Shown here: positions 1 to 11,134 of the stretch, piece by piece
How the letters are laid out: each line of letters opens with the position of its first letter
How positions within the stretch are numbered: position 1 is the first letter of the stretch
Source of the DNA: an uncultured Acidobacteriota bacterium
GTDB taxonomy: Bacteria > Acidobacteriota > Vicinamibacteria > Vicinamibacterales > UBA2999
Length of the DNA stretch: 64,000 nucleotides
Direction: 5' to 3'
Assembly (NCBI GenBank): GCA_963757735.1
Contig: CAVWST010000026.1
Location: 274,468-338,467 of the forward strand
Notes under the pieces: model-generated
What the model was told of the DNA's origin: nothing
The model's database searches: none
The model's input: only the letters and a program-made list of their open reading frames with translations
Position numbers and translations under genes: made by a program

Positions 1-241
1 CAACGACGACTACACGACGCAGGAGTTCGTGGTGTGGGTGCTCGAGTCGGTGTTCCGGAAGCCGCGGGCGGAGGCGGTCGAGGTCATGATGCGCGTGCAC
101 CTGTCGGGCATCGGCGTCGCCGGCATTTACACGCACGACGTGGCCGAGACGAAGCTGAGGAAGACGAGGCAGATGGCCGAGGAGCAGGAATTTCCTCTGC
201 TCGTGACGATGGAGCCGGACGCAGGACCTGAACATGAGTAA
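1..241 (+). CDS. clpS: ATP-dependent Clp protease adaptor ClpS (5' end outside window)
   Basis: The frame is open from the window edge: [51 protein letters not shown], which is the conserved ClpS core. The 3' end overlaps the clpA ATG by 8 nt. Confidence 0.85.
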   Translation, partial: NDDYTTQEFVVWVLESVFRKPRAEAVEVMMRVHLSGIGVAGIYTHDVAETKLRKTRQMAEEQEFPLLVTMEPDAGPEHE

Positions 242-2480
242 GACACCCGTGCCGTTTGCGCCCGAGACGCTGGAGACGATTCAGCGCGCCTTTCGCATGG
301 CCTCCGACCGCCGCCACGAAGAGGTCGGGCTCGAGCACCTGCTGCTCGCGATCACCGACGAGCCGCAGGCGCGGCGCGTGCTCACCTCGTGCGGCGCCAA
401 CCTGGAGGTGCTCCGTCGCCAGCTGACCGACGTGCTGGCCAAGGCGTTCACGCCGGTCACGGCGCCGACCGTCGTCGAGCCGGAGCCGACGCTCGGATTC
501 GATCGCGTGATTCAGCAGGCGATGATGCACGCCGTGTCGTCGAGCGCCAAGCAGGTCGAGAGCGGAAGCCTGCTGGTCTTCCTGCTTCAGGAGGAAGACA
601 GCCACGCCGCGTACTTCCTGCGCTCGCAGGGTGTCGAGCGGCTGCTCCTGCTGCGCGTGCTCTCGCACGGATCGAAGTCGCGAGCCGGCCAACCGCTCCG
701 GCGGGCGAGAGCCGGGCGCGCCTTCGACAGATCCGTTGCAGGCGTACGCGTCCGACCTCGTTGCCCGCGCCGCCGCGGGCCAGATCGATCCGCTGATCGG
801 ACGTGCGCTCGAGCTCGAGCGCATGGTCCAGGTGCTGTGCCGGCGCCGCAAGAACAACCCGCTGCTGGTGGGTGAACCCGGCGTCGGGAAGACCGCGCTG
901 GCCGAAGGGCTGGCGTTGCGCATCCATCAGGGCGAGGTTCCCGAGGTGCTGAAGGGCGCGCGCGTCTTCGCGCTCGATCTCGGGTGCGCTGGTCGCCGGC
1001 ACGCGGTATCGCGGCGACTTCGAGGAGCGCGTCAAGCAGGTGCTCGATCGGCTCTCGAAGGAGGAGAACGCGATCCTCTTCATCGACGAGATCCACACGC
1101 TGGTCGGCGCCGGTGCGGCGTCCGGCGGCGCGATGGATGCCGGGAACCTGCTGAAGCCGGCGCTCGCCAGCGGGCAGCTGCGATGCATCGGCTCGACGAC
1201 GTTCAACGACGTGAAGCAGTCGTTCGATCGCGATCGCGCGCTGTCCCGGCGCTTTCAGAAGATCGACGTGCTCGAGCCGTCCGAAGACGAAGCACTCGAG
1301 ATTCTCAAGGGGCTGCGGCTCCACTACGAATCACATCACGGCGTGCAGTACAACGACGAGGCGCTGGCCGCCGCGGTGGCGTTGTCGGCTCGTCACCTGC
1401 AGGACCTGCATCTGCCCGACAAGGCGATCGACGTCCTGGACGAGGCCGGCGCGGCGCAGAAGCTGCTGCCGGCCGCCGCGAGGACGGGCCGCATCGGTGC
1501 CGCGCAGATCGAGCAGATCGTGGCGAAGATGGCGCGCGTGCCGGTGCAGACGGTGTCGAGCGACGACAAGCGCGCGCTCGAGCGTCTCGACGTCGAGTTG
1601 AAGCAGGTGATCTTCGGGCAGGACGGCCCGATCGACGAGGTGGCGTCGGCCATCAAGTTGTCGCGCTCCGGGCCTGCGTGCGCCGGACAAGCCGATCGGC
1701 AACTTCCTGTTCGCCGGGCCGACCGGCGTCGGCAAGACGGAGCTCGCACGGCAGCTCGCCCGCATCATGGGGGTCGAGTTCATCCGCTTCGACATGTCCG
1801 AGTACATGGAGAAGCACGCCGTGTCGCGACTCATCGGCGCGCCTCCCGGCTACGTGGGCTACGAGGAAGGCGGACTGCTCATCGACGCGATTCGCAAGGC
1901 GCCGCACGCCGTCCTGCTGCTCGACGAGATCGAGAAGGCCCATCCGGACATGTTCAGCATCCTGCTCCAGGTGATGGACCACGCCACGCTGACCGACTCG
2001 CACGGCCGGAAGGCCGACTTCCGTCACGTCGTGCTGATCATGACGACCAATGCCGGTGCGCGCGACCTGTCGGATCGTCGGCTCGGGTTCGCCGAGCAGG
2101 GCAAGGGCGGATCGTCTCGCGGGGCGCCTCGAGCGGACGTTCACGCCGGAGTTCCGCAACCGCCTCGACGCGACGGTGACTTTCGGCGCGCTCGGCACGG
2201 CGGAGATCGAGAAGGTCGTCGACAAGCAGATCGACGAGGTGCGCGGCATGGTCGCGGCGAAGAAGGTGACGATCGCCATCGATCCGGAAGCGCGCACGTG
2301 GCTGGCGCAGAAGGGGTTCGACCGCGCGTTCGGCGCGCGGCCGATGGCGCGCCTGATCGAGCGCGTGGTCAAGAAGCCGCTCTCGGAGATGCTGCTCTTC
2401 GGAGCCCTCGCCGAGAGCGGGGGAGCCGTTCGCATCACCGTGGAGAACGACGCCATCCGGCTCGGTCAGCGGCTCAATGA
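234..2480 (+). pseudogene. clpA: ClpA AAA+ chaperone, reading frame interrupted at least 5 times
   Basis: N-domain [20 protein letters not shown], Walker [22 protein letters not shown], second Walker [10 protein letters not shown] (nt ~1705-1730) and [12 protein letters not shown] are all present. They are spread over ORFs 234-875, 631-1974, 1040-2179, 1767-2480 and 2050-. One break is an apparent extra G in run 982-984 (LDLG|[16 protein letters not shown]). The likely natural stop is TGA 2478-2480, overlapping the pdxH ATG. Confidence 0.85.
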
Positions 2481-3114
2481 GCCTGGCCGACGTCCGCCGC
2501 GAGTACCTCGGTCAGCCGCTCAGCGAATCCGAGTCCGACGCCGATCCGTTCGTGCAGTTCGCGCAGCTGGTTCGCGCAGGTCGCGTGAGACCGAGGCCGA
2601 TCCGACGGCAATGGCGCTCGCGACGGCGACGCGGGAGGGCCGTCCCTCGGTCCGCAACGTGCTGCTCAAAGGCGTGGACGATCGCGGCTTCGTGTTCTAC
2701 ACCAACTACCAGAGCCGCAAGGCGCGGGAGCTGACGGCGACCGGCCGCGCCAGCCTGCTCTTCACCTGGCGAAGCCTGGAACGGCAGGTGCGCGTCGACG
2801 GCACGGTCGGAGAAGGTGTCGGCCGCCGAGTCCGACGCCTACTTCGCGACGCCGTCCGATCGAGAGCCGGTGGAGCGTGTACGCCTCGCAGACAGAGCGA
2901 GGTCGTCGACAGCCGCGACACACTGGAGCTGCTGTTCAACGCCGCCCGTGAGCGCTTCGACGACGAAGTGCCGCGACCGGAGTGGTGGGGCGGCTATCGC
3001 GTGATCCCGGACGAGTTCGAGTTCTGGCAGGGACGGCCAAGCCGGCTGCACGACCGGCTGCGCTACCTGCGCGAGCCCGGCGGCACATGGCGGCGAGATC
3101 GCCTGGCGCCCTGA
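2477..3114 (+). pseudogene. pdxH: Pyridoxamine 5'-phosphate oxidase PdxH, frameshifted
   Basis: Recognisable segments are [30 protein letters not shown], then DPTAMALATATREGRPSVRNVLLKGVDDRGFVFYTNYQSRKA, then SAAESDAYFAT, then PEWWGGYRVIPDEFEFWQGRPSRLHDRLRY. They are distributed over three frames. Confidence 0.85.
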
Positions 3115-3147
3115 GTCCGGCTCAAGCCAGACACTACGAGGGCCGGT

Positions 3148-3293
3148 GCAACTCCCAATTCCCAACTCGCAGTTTCCAACCGCCAAATCCCAATCGCGCC
3201 GCGCCACGCGGTTCGCGGTATTGGTCGGACTATGGAATTCGCGACTTGGAAGTCGGCAGTTGGAAGTTACGCAGTTGGCAGTTGGGAGTTGGG
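3148..3293. repeat. Long imperfect inverted repeat built from CCAACT/AGTTGG-like words; probable large RNA hairpin or terminator after pdxH
   Basis: The left arm (3148-3198, gcaactcccaattcccaactcgcagtttccaaccgccaaatcccaatcgcg) is about 75-80 percent complementary by eye to the right arm (3240-3293, cgcgacttggaagtcggcagttggaagttacgcagttggcagttgggagttggg). The region is AT-richer than its flanks. Confidence 0.7.
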
Positions 3294-3377
3294 ACAAGCG
3301 CATCGTGCTAGAGTGACGGCACATGGCAGCGTAGCGCTGCCGGTCCGGATGCCCGGCACGTGGCCGGGGAAGGCACG

Positions 3378-6300
3378 ATGGCTTTTCGCATCTACGTATC
3401 CTCTCTTGCCGCTGACCGGCTGGCGGCCGCTCGCGACCTCCTGCGCGCGCGCGTTCCCGAATACACCTGCGCTGATCGTTGGCGCATCACGCGGCGCCGC
3501 TGACGATCTGGCGCGCGAGGTCGCGGTCAGCCTGCCGGCAACCTTCGGTCTGCAGCGCGTCAGCCTCACGCAGCTCGCCGCGCGCAGCGCGATCGTCGCG
3601 CTTGGCGATGGAAGGCCACACGCCGAGCACCTGGCTGGGTGCTGAAGCGGTAGCCGCGCAGAGCGGCGTTCGATGCCACGCGGCAGCAATCGCTCCAGTA
3701 CTTCGCGCCCGTGGCATCGACGCCCGGGTTTCCGCGGGCGCTCGCGCGCACGCTCCAGGAGCTTCGACTCGCTGGTGTCGGCGCTGAGCAGCTGCTGCGT
3801 GCGTCGCGCGGTGGGGCGGACCTTGCGGACCTGCTCGAGCGGGTCGAGGAGTCGTTCGAGCGCGCCGTCCAGCGTCGATCGTGCGGCGCTGTTCCGAGAC
3901 TGCGACAGAGGTGGTCGAGGCGGGCGCACTCCCGCGCCGCTCGTCGCGCTGATCGACTTGCCCGTCGATCGTCGGGCGGAAGAGGCGTTCATCGTGGCGC
4001 TCATTGCGCGGCGCCGAGACCGCGTTTGCGACGATGCCTGCCAGCGATCGCGACGGCATCGCGCGGCTCGAAGCGATGGGAGGCATCTGTCGACGTCGTC
4101 GCGAGTGCAGGAGCCGAGGCGAACAGCGAAGCGATCTCGCGTGCCTTCGTCGATATCTGTTCAGTCGCGAGGCCCCTCCTGCGGAGCGAACGCTGGACGG
4201 CTCACTCGAGTTCTTCTCCGCGCCAGGCGAGGGGCGAGAGGCGGTTGAGATTGCGCGGCGGATTCTTCGCGAGGCGCGCAGCCGGTGTGCGCTTCGACGA
4301 GATGGCCATGCTGGTGCGCTCGCCACAGCACTACATCGGTCTCATCGAGCATGCGTTGCGCCGGGCAAAGGTGCCGGCGTGGTTCAGTCGCGGCACGCGT
4401 CGCCGCTTGACGGCCGGCCGGGCATTCCTGGCGCTGCTCGCATGCGCCTCCGAACAACTGTCCGCCTCCCGGTTTGCCGAGTACCTGTCGTTTGCGCAGG
4501 TCCCGCTCGGAGAGTGGGAACGGCGGAGGCGAGCTTGGGCTGCGTCGCAGGACGAGGCATTCGGGCCGCGTCGCAGCCGTCTGCGCCGAGGAGAGCGACG
4601 AACTCCTGAACCGCGGATCCCGGATCCCGGATCCCGGATCCCGGCTCGGAATCCAGTCCTCGCAGGAACGTTGCGCGCGCCCTGGCGCTGGGAAGCGCTC
4701 ATCGTCGATGCGGCGGTGATCGGCCGCGATGCCACGCGCTGGACGCGTCGGCTCGAAGGGAAAGCACAGCGAGCTCGAGCAGACAGATCCGCGAGGCCGA
4801 TGCGAGACGATGGCGGCGACGAGGCCAAGAGTTGCCGGACTCAGGCAGGTCCAGCAGCAGCTGGAGTACCTGAAGACATTTGCGCTGCCGATCATCGAGG
4901 AGATGGCCGGCTGGCCCGCGATCGGCGACGTGGGGCGAATGGCTCGACCGGTTCGAGGCACTGGCGCCGCGCGTGCTGAAGACTCCGGCCCACGTGCTGC
5001 GCGTGCTCGCCGATCTTCGTCCGATGGGCGAGGTCGGGCCCGATCGACCTGGACGAAGCGCGACGCGTGCTGGCCGAGCGGCTGCTGACGATGGAGTCGG
5101 AGCCGCCGGCGCATCGCTACGGGCGCGTGTTCGTCGGGACGCCGGAGCAGGCTCGCGGTCGAAGCTTCCGCGTGGTGTTCGTTCCCGGCCTGGCCGAACG
5201 GATGTTCCCGCAGAAGCCGCGCGAGGATCCGATGATGCTCGATGGCATGCGCGAGGCCGTCGATCGCGCGCTGCCGACGCAGACGCCAGCGTCTCGCGTC
5301 GGAGCGGCTGCTGCTGCAACTGGCCGCCGGCGCCGCCTCCGATCGACTGTACGTTTCGTATCCGCGCATCGAGTTGAGCGAATCGCGCGCGCGGGTGCCG
5401 TCCTTCTACGCGCTGGACGTGATGCGCGCCGCGACCGGCCGGGTGCCGCACCACGACGAGCTCGAGCAGCACGCGCGCGAGGCCGGTGACTCGACCCTCG
5501 CATGGCCGGCGCCGTCGATGCCCGACGAGGCCATCGACGATCAGGAGCACGACCTCGCCGTGCTGCGGCGGCTGCTCGACGAAACGACCCCGGGCGCGGT
5601 CAAGGGGCATGCGCACTACCTGCTGAAGTTGAACGAATGTCTGCGTCGATCGGTCGTTGACAGGTGGGCGCGCGGGCAGCGTCGCTGGTCCCCGAACGAC
5701 GGGTTGACCCGCGTTCAGCCGTACACGCGCGACGCCGTTGGCGGCGCAGCGCCTGAGCGCGCGCTCGTACTCGGCGTCGGCGCTGCAGCTGTTCAGCGCG
5801 TGTCCCGTATCAGTTCGTGCTGTCGGCGATGTACCGGCTGCGTCCGTTCGAGCAGCCGGAGCCGCTGCAGCGCATGGACCCGTTGACGCGCGGCAGCGTG
5901 TTTCACGAGATCCAGGCGAGCTTCTTCCGGCACGCTGCAGTCGAGCATCGGCGCTGCCGGTGACCGCCGCCACGATCGACTCGGCCCGTGCCGTGCTCGA
6001 CGAGGCGATCGAGCAGGTGGGCGGTCGCGCGCACGACGAACTGGTGCCCGCCGTCGAGCGCGTGTGGCAGGACGAGCTCGCGACGATCAGGCGCGACCTG
6101 CATGCATGGCTCGAGTACCTCGCGCGCGATGGTGAGGAATGGCTGCCGGTCTACTTCGAGCTCGCGTTCGGCGCGGTGCCCGGTGAGCGCGACGAGCACA
6201 GCATGCGCGGTGACGTCGTCGTCGATGGGCGGTTCCGGCTGCAGAGGCGCGATCGACCTCATCGAGGAGCACAGGCAGACCAGGGCGCTGCGAATCACCG

Positions 6301-6678
6301 ATCACAAGACCGGACGGAGACCGGATCGCATCGAAAAAGTCCTGATCGGCGGCGGCGCGGTGCTGCAGCCGGTGCTCTATTCGATGGCGGTCGAGAGCTG
6401 CGCTCGAACGCGATCGTGAGTCATGGCCGGCTTGTTCTACTGCACCTCGACCGGCAGCTTCTTCTCGCATCCGATCCTGCTCGACGAGCGCTCGCGGGCG
6501 GCCGGGCTGGAAGTGCTCGAGGTCGTCGATCGCGCCATCGAGACATGGCTTCCTCGCCGCGGCGCCGACTGAGGAGGCATGCGGCCGATGTGATTTCAGG
6601 CCGGTGTGCGGGTCGGACGTCTTTCGACGCGTAGCCCGCAAACCGCGCGGAACCACTGGCAGATCTCGCTGGCGTTGA
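3378..6678 (+). pseudogene. AddB-like PD-(D/E)XK nuclease subunit of a helicase-nuclease complex, many frame breaks
   Basis: Fragments follow in order over all three frames: MAFRIYVSSLAADRLAAARDLL, GASRGAADDLAREVA, FSAPGEGREAVEIARRILREA, MLVRSPQHYIGLIEHALRRAKVPAWFSRG, YGRVFVGTPEQARGRSFRVVFVPGLAERMFPQ, RLYVSYPRIELSESRARVPSFYALDV, nuclease motif LRITDHKTGR, and C-terminal Cys cluster EEACGRCDFRPVCG. The end coordinate is approximate. Confidence 0.7.
4614..4641. repeat. Perfect tandem heptanucleotide repeat (CGGATCC)x4 inside the addB-like gene
   Basis: cggatcc occurs four times head to tail at 4614-4641, followed by a partial cgg. The unit length is not a multiple of 3, and each junction makes a GGATCC site. 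Confidence 0.95.
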
Positions 6679-6688
6679 GGAGCCGGCC

Positions 6689-9600
6689 ATGATGGGGTCA
6701 GACCCCTTCACAGTTCTGCCAGACGTCTGACTCCGACGAGCATGCGCGGCAGCTGATCGAAGACGCGCGATCGACGAGACGCTGGTCGTCGAGGCGGCCG
6801 CCGGTACGGGCAAGACGACCGAGCTCGTGCGCCGCATCGTGCGCGTAATCGCGGAGGGCCGCGCCGACGTTCGGGAGATCGTCGCGGTCACGTTCACCGA
6901 GAAGGCGGCAGGGGAGTTGAAGCTCCGACTGCGGCAGCATCTCGAAGAGGCGCGCCGCAGCGCGCCCGTCGCGCGACGATGCAGCGAGCGGCTCGACGCC
7001 GCCGTGCAGAATCTCGAAGAGGCGCACGTCAGCACGATCCATGGATTCTGCGCCGACCTGCTTCGGGAGCGGCCGGTGGAAGCGGCGATCGACCCGCTCT
7101 TCCGCGTGCTGACGGAGGGGCAGGCGCGAGCGGCTGTTCAACGACGCGTTCGCCGCCTGGTTCCAGGACCGACTTGCCCAGCCGCCAGAAGGCGTGCGCC
7201 GATCGCTGCGGCGATCGAGCCGCGGCATCCGCACCGGCGATGCGGACGAGGACGGGCCCATGGAGCGTCTTCGCCGGGCGGGCTATCTCGCTCACGGAGT
7301 GGCGCGACTTCCGGGAGCCGTGGACGCGTGACCCGTTCGATCGAGCGGCTGCGATCGAGCGGCTCATCGAGCTCGTCCACGCCCTGGCCGATCTGTCCAC
7401 GTCGCCCTCGTACGCCGGCGACAACCTGTTCGTCGACACGGAGCCGGTCCGGAGGCTGAGCCGCGACCTGCGTCGCATGACGACGCCGGTCGAGCGAGGA
7501 GGATCTCGACGAACTCGAGTCGCTGCTCGTCGAGCTTCGCAAGAATCGCGACGTCAAGCGCGCGCGCAAGGGAAGCGGACCGACATACGCCAAGAGGGGT
7601 GACCCGAGCGCAGGTGCTCGACGCGCGCGATCGGCTGATGCAGGCACTCGAGGAATTTCAGCTCCGGGCCGACGCCGATCTCGTCAGCATTGCTGCACGA
7701 GGAACTGCTGGCCTGCGTCGATATGTACGAGGCGCTGAAGGCGCGCGAAGGCGCGCTCGACTTCCTCGACCTGCTGGTTCGCGCGCGCGACCTGCTCAAG
7801 AACAACGCGGAGGTTCGCGCGTCATTTCCAGGGTCGCTTCCGGCGGCTCTTCGTCGACGAGTTCCAGGACACCGATCCACTGCAGGCCGAGCTGCTGCTG
7901 CTGCTCTCCGCCGATGATCCGGCCGAGACGCGCTGGCAGCAGGTCATTCCCGTCCCCGGCAAGCTCTTCATCGTCGGCGATCCGAAGCAGTCGATCTATC
8001 GGTTCCGGCGCGCGGACGTGGACGTCTACCGGCGCGTGTGCGAGATGCTCGTCGAGCGCGGCGCGACGCGCGTCGAGCTGCGCAAGAGCTTCCGCAGCGT
8101 TCCCAACATTCAACAGCTCGTGAACGCGGCGTTCGCGCCGCTGATGGACGGCGATCGCGATACGCATCAGGCCGACTTACGTCGCGCTCGAGCCGTCGCG
8201 CGAGGACCACCCGGGACAGCCGTCGGTCGTCGTCTTGCCGGTGCCGGAGCCCTACGGTCAGCGATTCATCGCCGCGCGCGAGATCGAGCAGTGTCTGCCC
8301 GACGCGGTCGGCGCCTACGTCGACTGGCTCGTGAAAAAGAGCGGCTGGACGGTGACCGAGCGTCACGCGCCCGACACGGCGTGTGCCGCTGGAGGCGCGT
8401 CACGTTTGCATTCTGTTCCGCCGCTTCGTGAGCTACGGCGAGGACATCACGCGGGCGTACGTGGAGGCGCTCGAGGCGCGGGGCGTGAAACACCTTCTCG
8501 TCGGCGGCAAGGCGTTTCACGATCGCGACGAGATCGAAACGTTGCGCGCCGCGCTGATGGCGATCGAGTGGCCGGACGATCAGCTGTCGGTGTTCGCGAC
8601 GCTGCGCGGTGCGTTGTTCGCGATCGGCGACGAGGAACTGCTCGAGTACCACAGCATCGGCGGGCCGGTTCCACCCGTTCAGGATTCCCGATGCGCTGCC
8701 GCGCGGTCTCGAGCCGATCCGCGACGCCCTGAGTGCTGCTGCGCGCGTCTGCACACCGACCGCAACCGCCGGCCGGTGTCCGACACGATTACGCGCGTTG
8801 CTGGATCACACGCGCGCGCACGTCGGGTTCGTGCTGCGTCCCGGAGGAGAGCAGGCGCTGGCCAACGTGCTGCACGTCTCCGAGCTGGCGCGGCAGTACG
8901 AGCTCGAAGGCGGGATGTCGTTTCGCGGCTTCGTCGAGGCGCTGCGCGAAGCGGCGCAGGGAGGTCAGGCCGCCGAAGCGCCGATCCTCGAAGAGGGAAG
9001 CGACGGCGTTCGGCTGATGACGGTGCACAAGGCCAAGGGACTCGAGTTTCCCGTGGTGGTCCTGGCGGACATCACGGCGCGCCTCACGCCGTGGGACGCG
9101 AGCCGGCACGTCGATCTCGAGCGCGGCCTGTGCGCGCTCCGGATTGGCGGATGGTCGCCCAAGGACCTGAACGATCACAAGGCGCTGGAGCTGGCGCGGG
9201 AGCAGAAGGAAGGCGAGCGGGTCGCGTACGTCGCCGCCACACGTGCGCGCGATCTGCTCATCGTCCCTGCCATAGGCGATGAGCCGTACACCGAAGGGTG
9301 GGTCTCGCCGCTCAACGCGGCGATGTATCCGGCCGAGAGCGAGCGGCGCGTGCAGCAGCACGCCGACAGGTTGCCCGGCGTTTCAGAGCAAGGACTCGGT
9401 GCTCACGCGCCCGAACGGCGATCCTGCGTCGCGATCGACGGTGTGTCCGGGTGAGCATCGCATCGCGTCGCGAACCGTCGCACACGGTGGTGTGGTGGTC
9501 GCCCGGAGTCGCAGGTGCTGTCATTGAACGTGCAGACGCCGTTCGGCCTGCGCCGCGACGATCTGATCGTGAAGGACGTGCCGCCAGAGATCCTGCAGCA

Positions 9601-10224
9601 GGGTCTCGACACGCATCAGACACGTGGAAGGCGGCCGTGCAGCGGACATCGAGCGCTGCCAGCCGGCCGTCCATTGATGTCATCACCGCAACCAGGGCGC
9701 GCCGCGACGTCGGAAGTTGTCGGCGTCGACGACGATACCGCCGTGACGATCGTGTCGAGCCGCGGTAGAAGAGTCCCGCCCCGGAGGCGCCCGCTTCGGG
9801 TCGCTCGTCCACGCACTGCTTGCGGACGTGCCGTTCGGCGACGAAGGTCTTGCTGCGCTCGGTCGGTTGTGCGAGGCGCACGGCCGCATTCTGGGTGCCA
9901 CGGCCGAGGAGATTGGCGCCGCGCGCGACGTCGTAGCAGCGGTGCTCGCGCATCCGTTGCTTAAGGCAGCTGAGCGGGCCGCGCGTGAGGGAAGTGCTAT
10001 CGCGAAAGCCCGGTCACATACCGGCTGCGATTCGGGCGTGCTCGTCGAGGGATACGTCGACCTTGCATTTCAGCGAAGCCAGTTCACTGATGGTCGTGGA
10101 CTTCAAGACCGATCGCGAGCTGGACGGCGCGCTCGAGCGATATCAGAAACAGGTGTCACTTTATGCCACTGCAATTGGACGAACGGCCGGGGTTCCGACA
10201 CAGGCGTTCCTGATGCGCGTGTAA
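6689..10224 (+). pseudogene. addA: AddA/UvrD-family helicase-nuclease, many frame breaks
   Basis: Motifs present are [122 protein letters not shown] and the C-terminal nuclease motif VVDFKTD...Y. They lie in order over several frames. ATG 6689 is in frame with the Walker A motif but is followed by an in-frame TGA at 6728. Confidence 0.8.
6694..6731. repeat. REP-like palindromic element, degenerate copy (consensus GGGGTCAGACCCCTTCACA)
   Basis: The 19 nt ggggtcagaccccttcaca are identical to 30087-30105 and are followed by gttctg in both copies. Here only a 7-bp stem survives (gtcagac / gtctgac). Confidence 0.75.
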
Positions 10225-10735
10225 AACTGCGCAGATCATTGGCGATCCTACTTGGCCCGCAAGTTGCTCATTAACCACTGCGGAGGATCGGACAATGGTG
10301 ATTCGAATTCAAGGAGTCCGTTCGCGTTCGAGTGTGGGGCAAAGAGATGAGCAGCTTCCGGAAGGGTGAAGTCCACGCCGTTCCGACGGCAGTGGCCGGA
10401 GTGCTTCTGGCTCAGGGCTGCGCCGAGCCGGTCGAGGATTCGACACCCCGCGAGATCGCGCTCGCCAGCTAGTCGCTTCTGCCAAGTCGCCGATCGAGAT
10501 CGGCGATCGCCTGCTCGAGCATGGCGCGATGCGCGGGCGCGCACGCCTGCTGTAAGATCCGCCAGGGCGCGCGTTCGAGCGAGCATCAGCGTCGCGCGTT
10601 CTGCACGACGCCGAGCATCCTCCGGACTGAATCGGAGCGGTCGACGGTTCGGCCGCGGCCGCTTCCTGCTGCGATTCGACCGACTTACTTTCCCACCTCT
10701 CGCCACTTTGTTTCAGGTCTTGCCACTTTCTGGCC

Positions 10736-11124
<389 letters not shown>

Positions 11125-11134
11125 GGCAGTGAGC

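Noticed and set aside
84-923. Long antisense or alternative-frame ORFs throughout the track. Examples are 84-923(-), 4161-5369(-), 20007-21236(-) at 409 aa, 21377-22384(-), 28937-30103(-), 40438-41868(-) at 476 aa, and 58246-59343(+).
   Set aside because: They are Arg/Ala/Pro/Gly-rich with no recognisable motifs. Each lies opposite or out of frame to a gene with clear homology. These are typical shadow ORFs in GC-rich DNA, where stop codons are rare.
4614-4641. Possibility that the heptamer array or the word-repeat hairpins (3148-3293, 14611-14724) are CRISPR arrays or MITEs.
   Set aside because: There are no unique spacers between repeats of CRISPR size, no cas genes, and no terminal inverted repeats with target-site duplications flanking a discrete insert.
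6728-6730. In-frame TGA near the addA start as a selenocysteine or other recoding site.
   Set aside because: I saw no SECIS-like hairpin directly downstream. The surrounding codons are just the translated REP-like element, and the conserved AddA N-terminal motif lies in another frame. A frameshift or mis-assigned start is the simpler explanation.
3378-10224. The nuclease-helicase pair as a novel anti-phage defence system.
   Set aside because: The motifs and domain order are those of housekeeping AddAB-type recombination repair: UvrD helicase with a C-terminal PD-(D/E)XK domain, and a partner with a nuclease domain and a Cys cluster. The flanks are housekeeping genes, and no other defence or mobile genes are nearby.
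10248-10706. 152-aa minus-strand ORF between addA and the ferredoxin gene.
   Set aside because: Only the C-terminal third (ERDLAGCRILDRLGAALSQKH...PQWLMSNLRAK) has coding-like third-position GC. The N-terminal part is Arg-rich junk and I recognise no family. It may be a remnant of a small frameshifted gene, but I cannot support a call.
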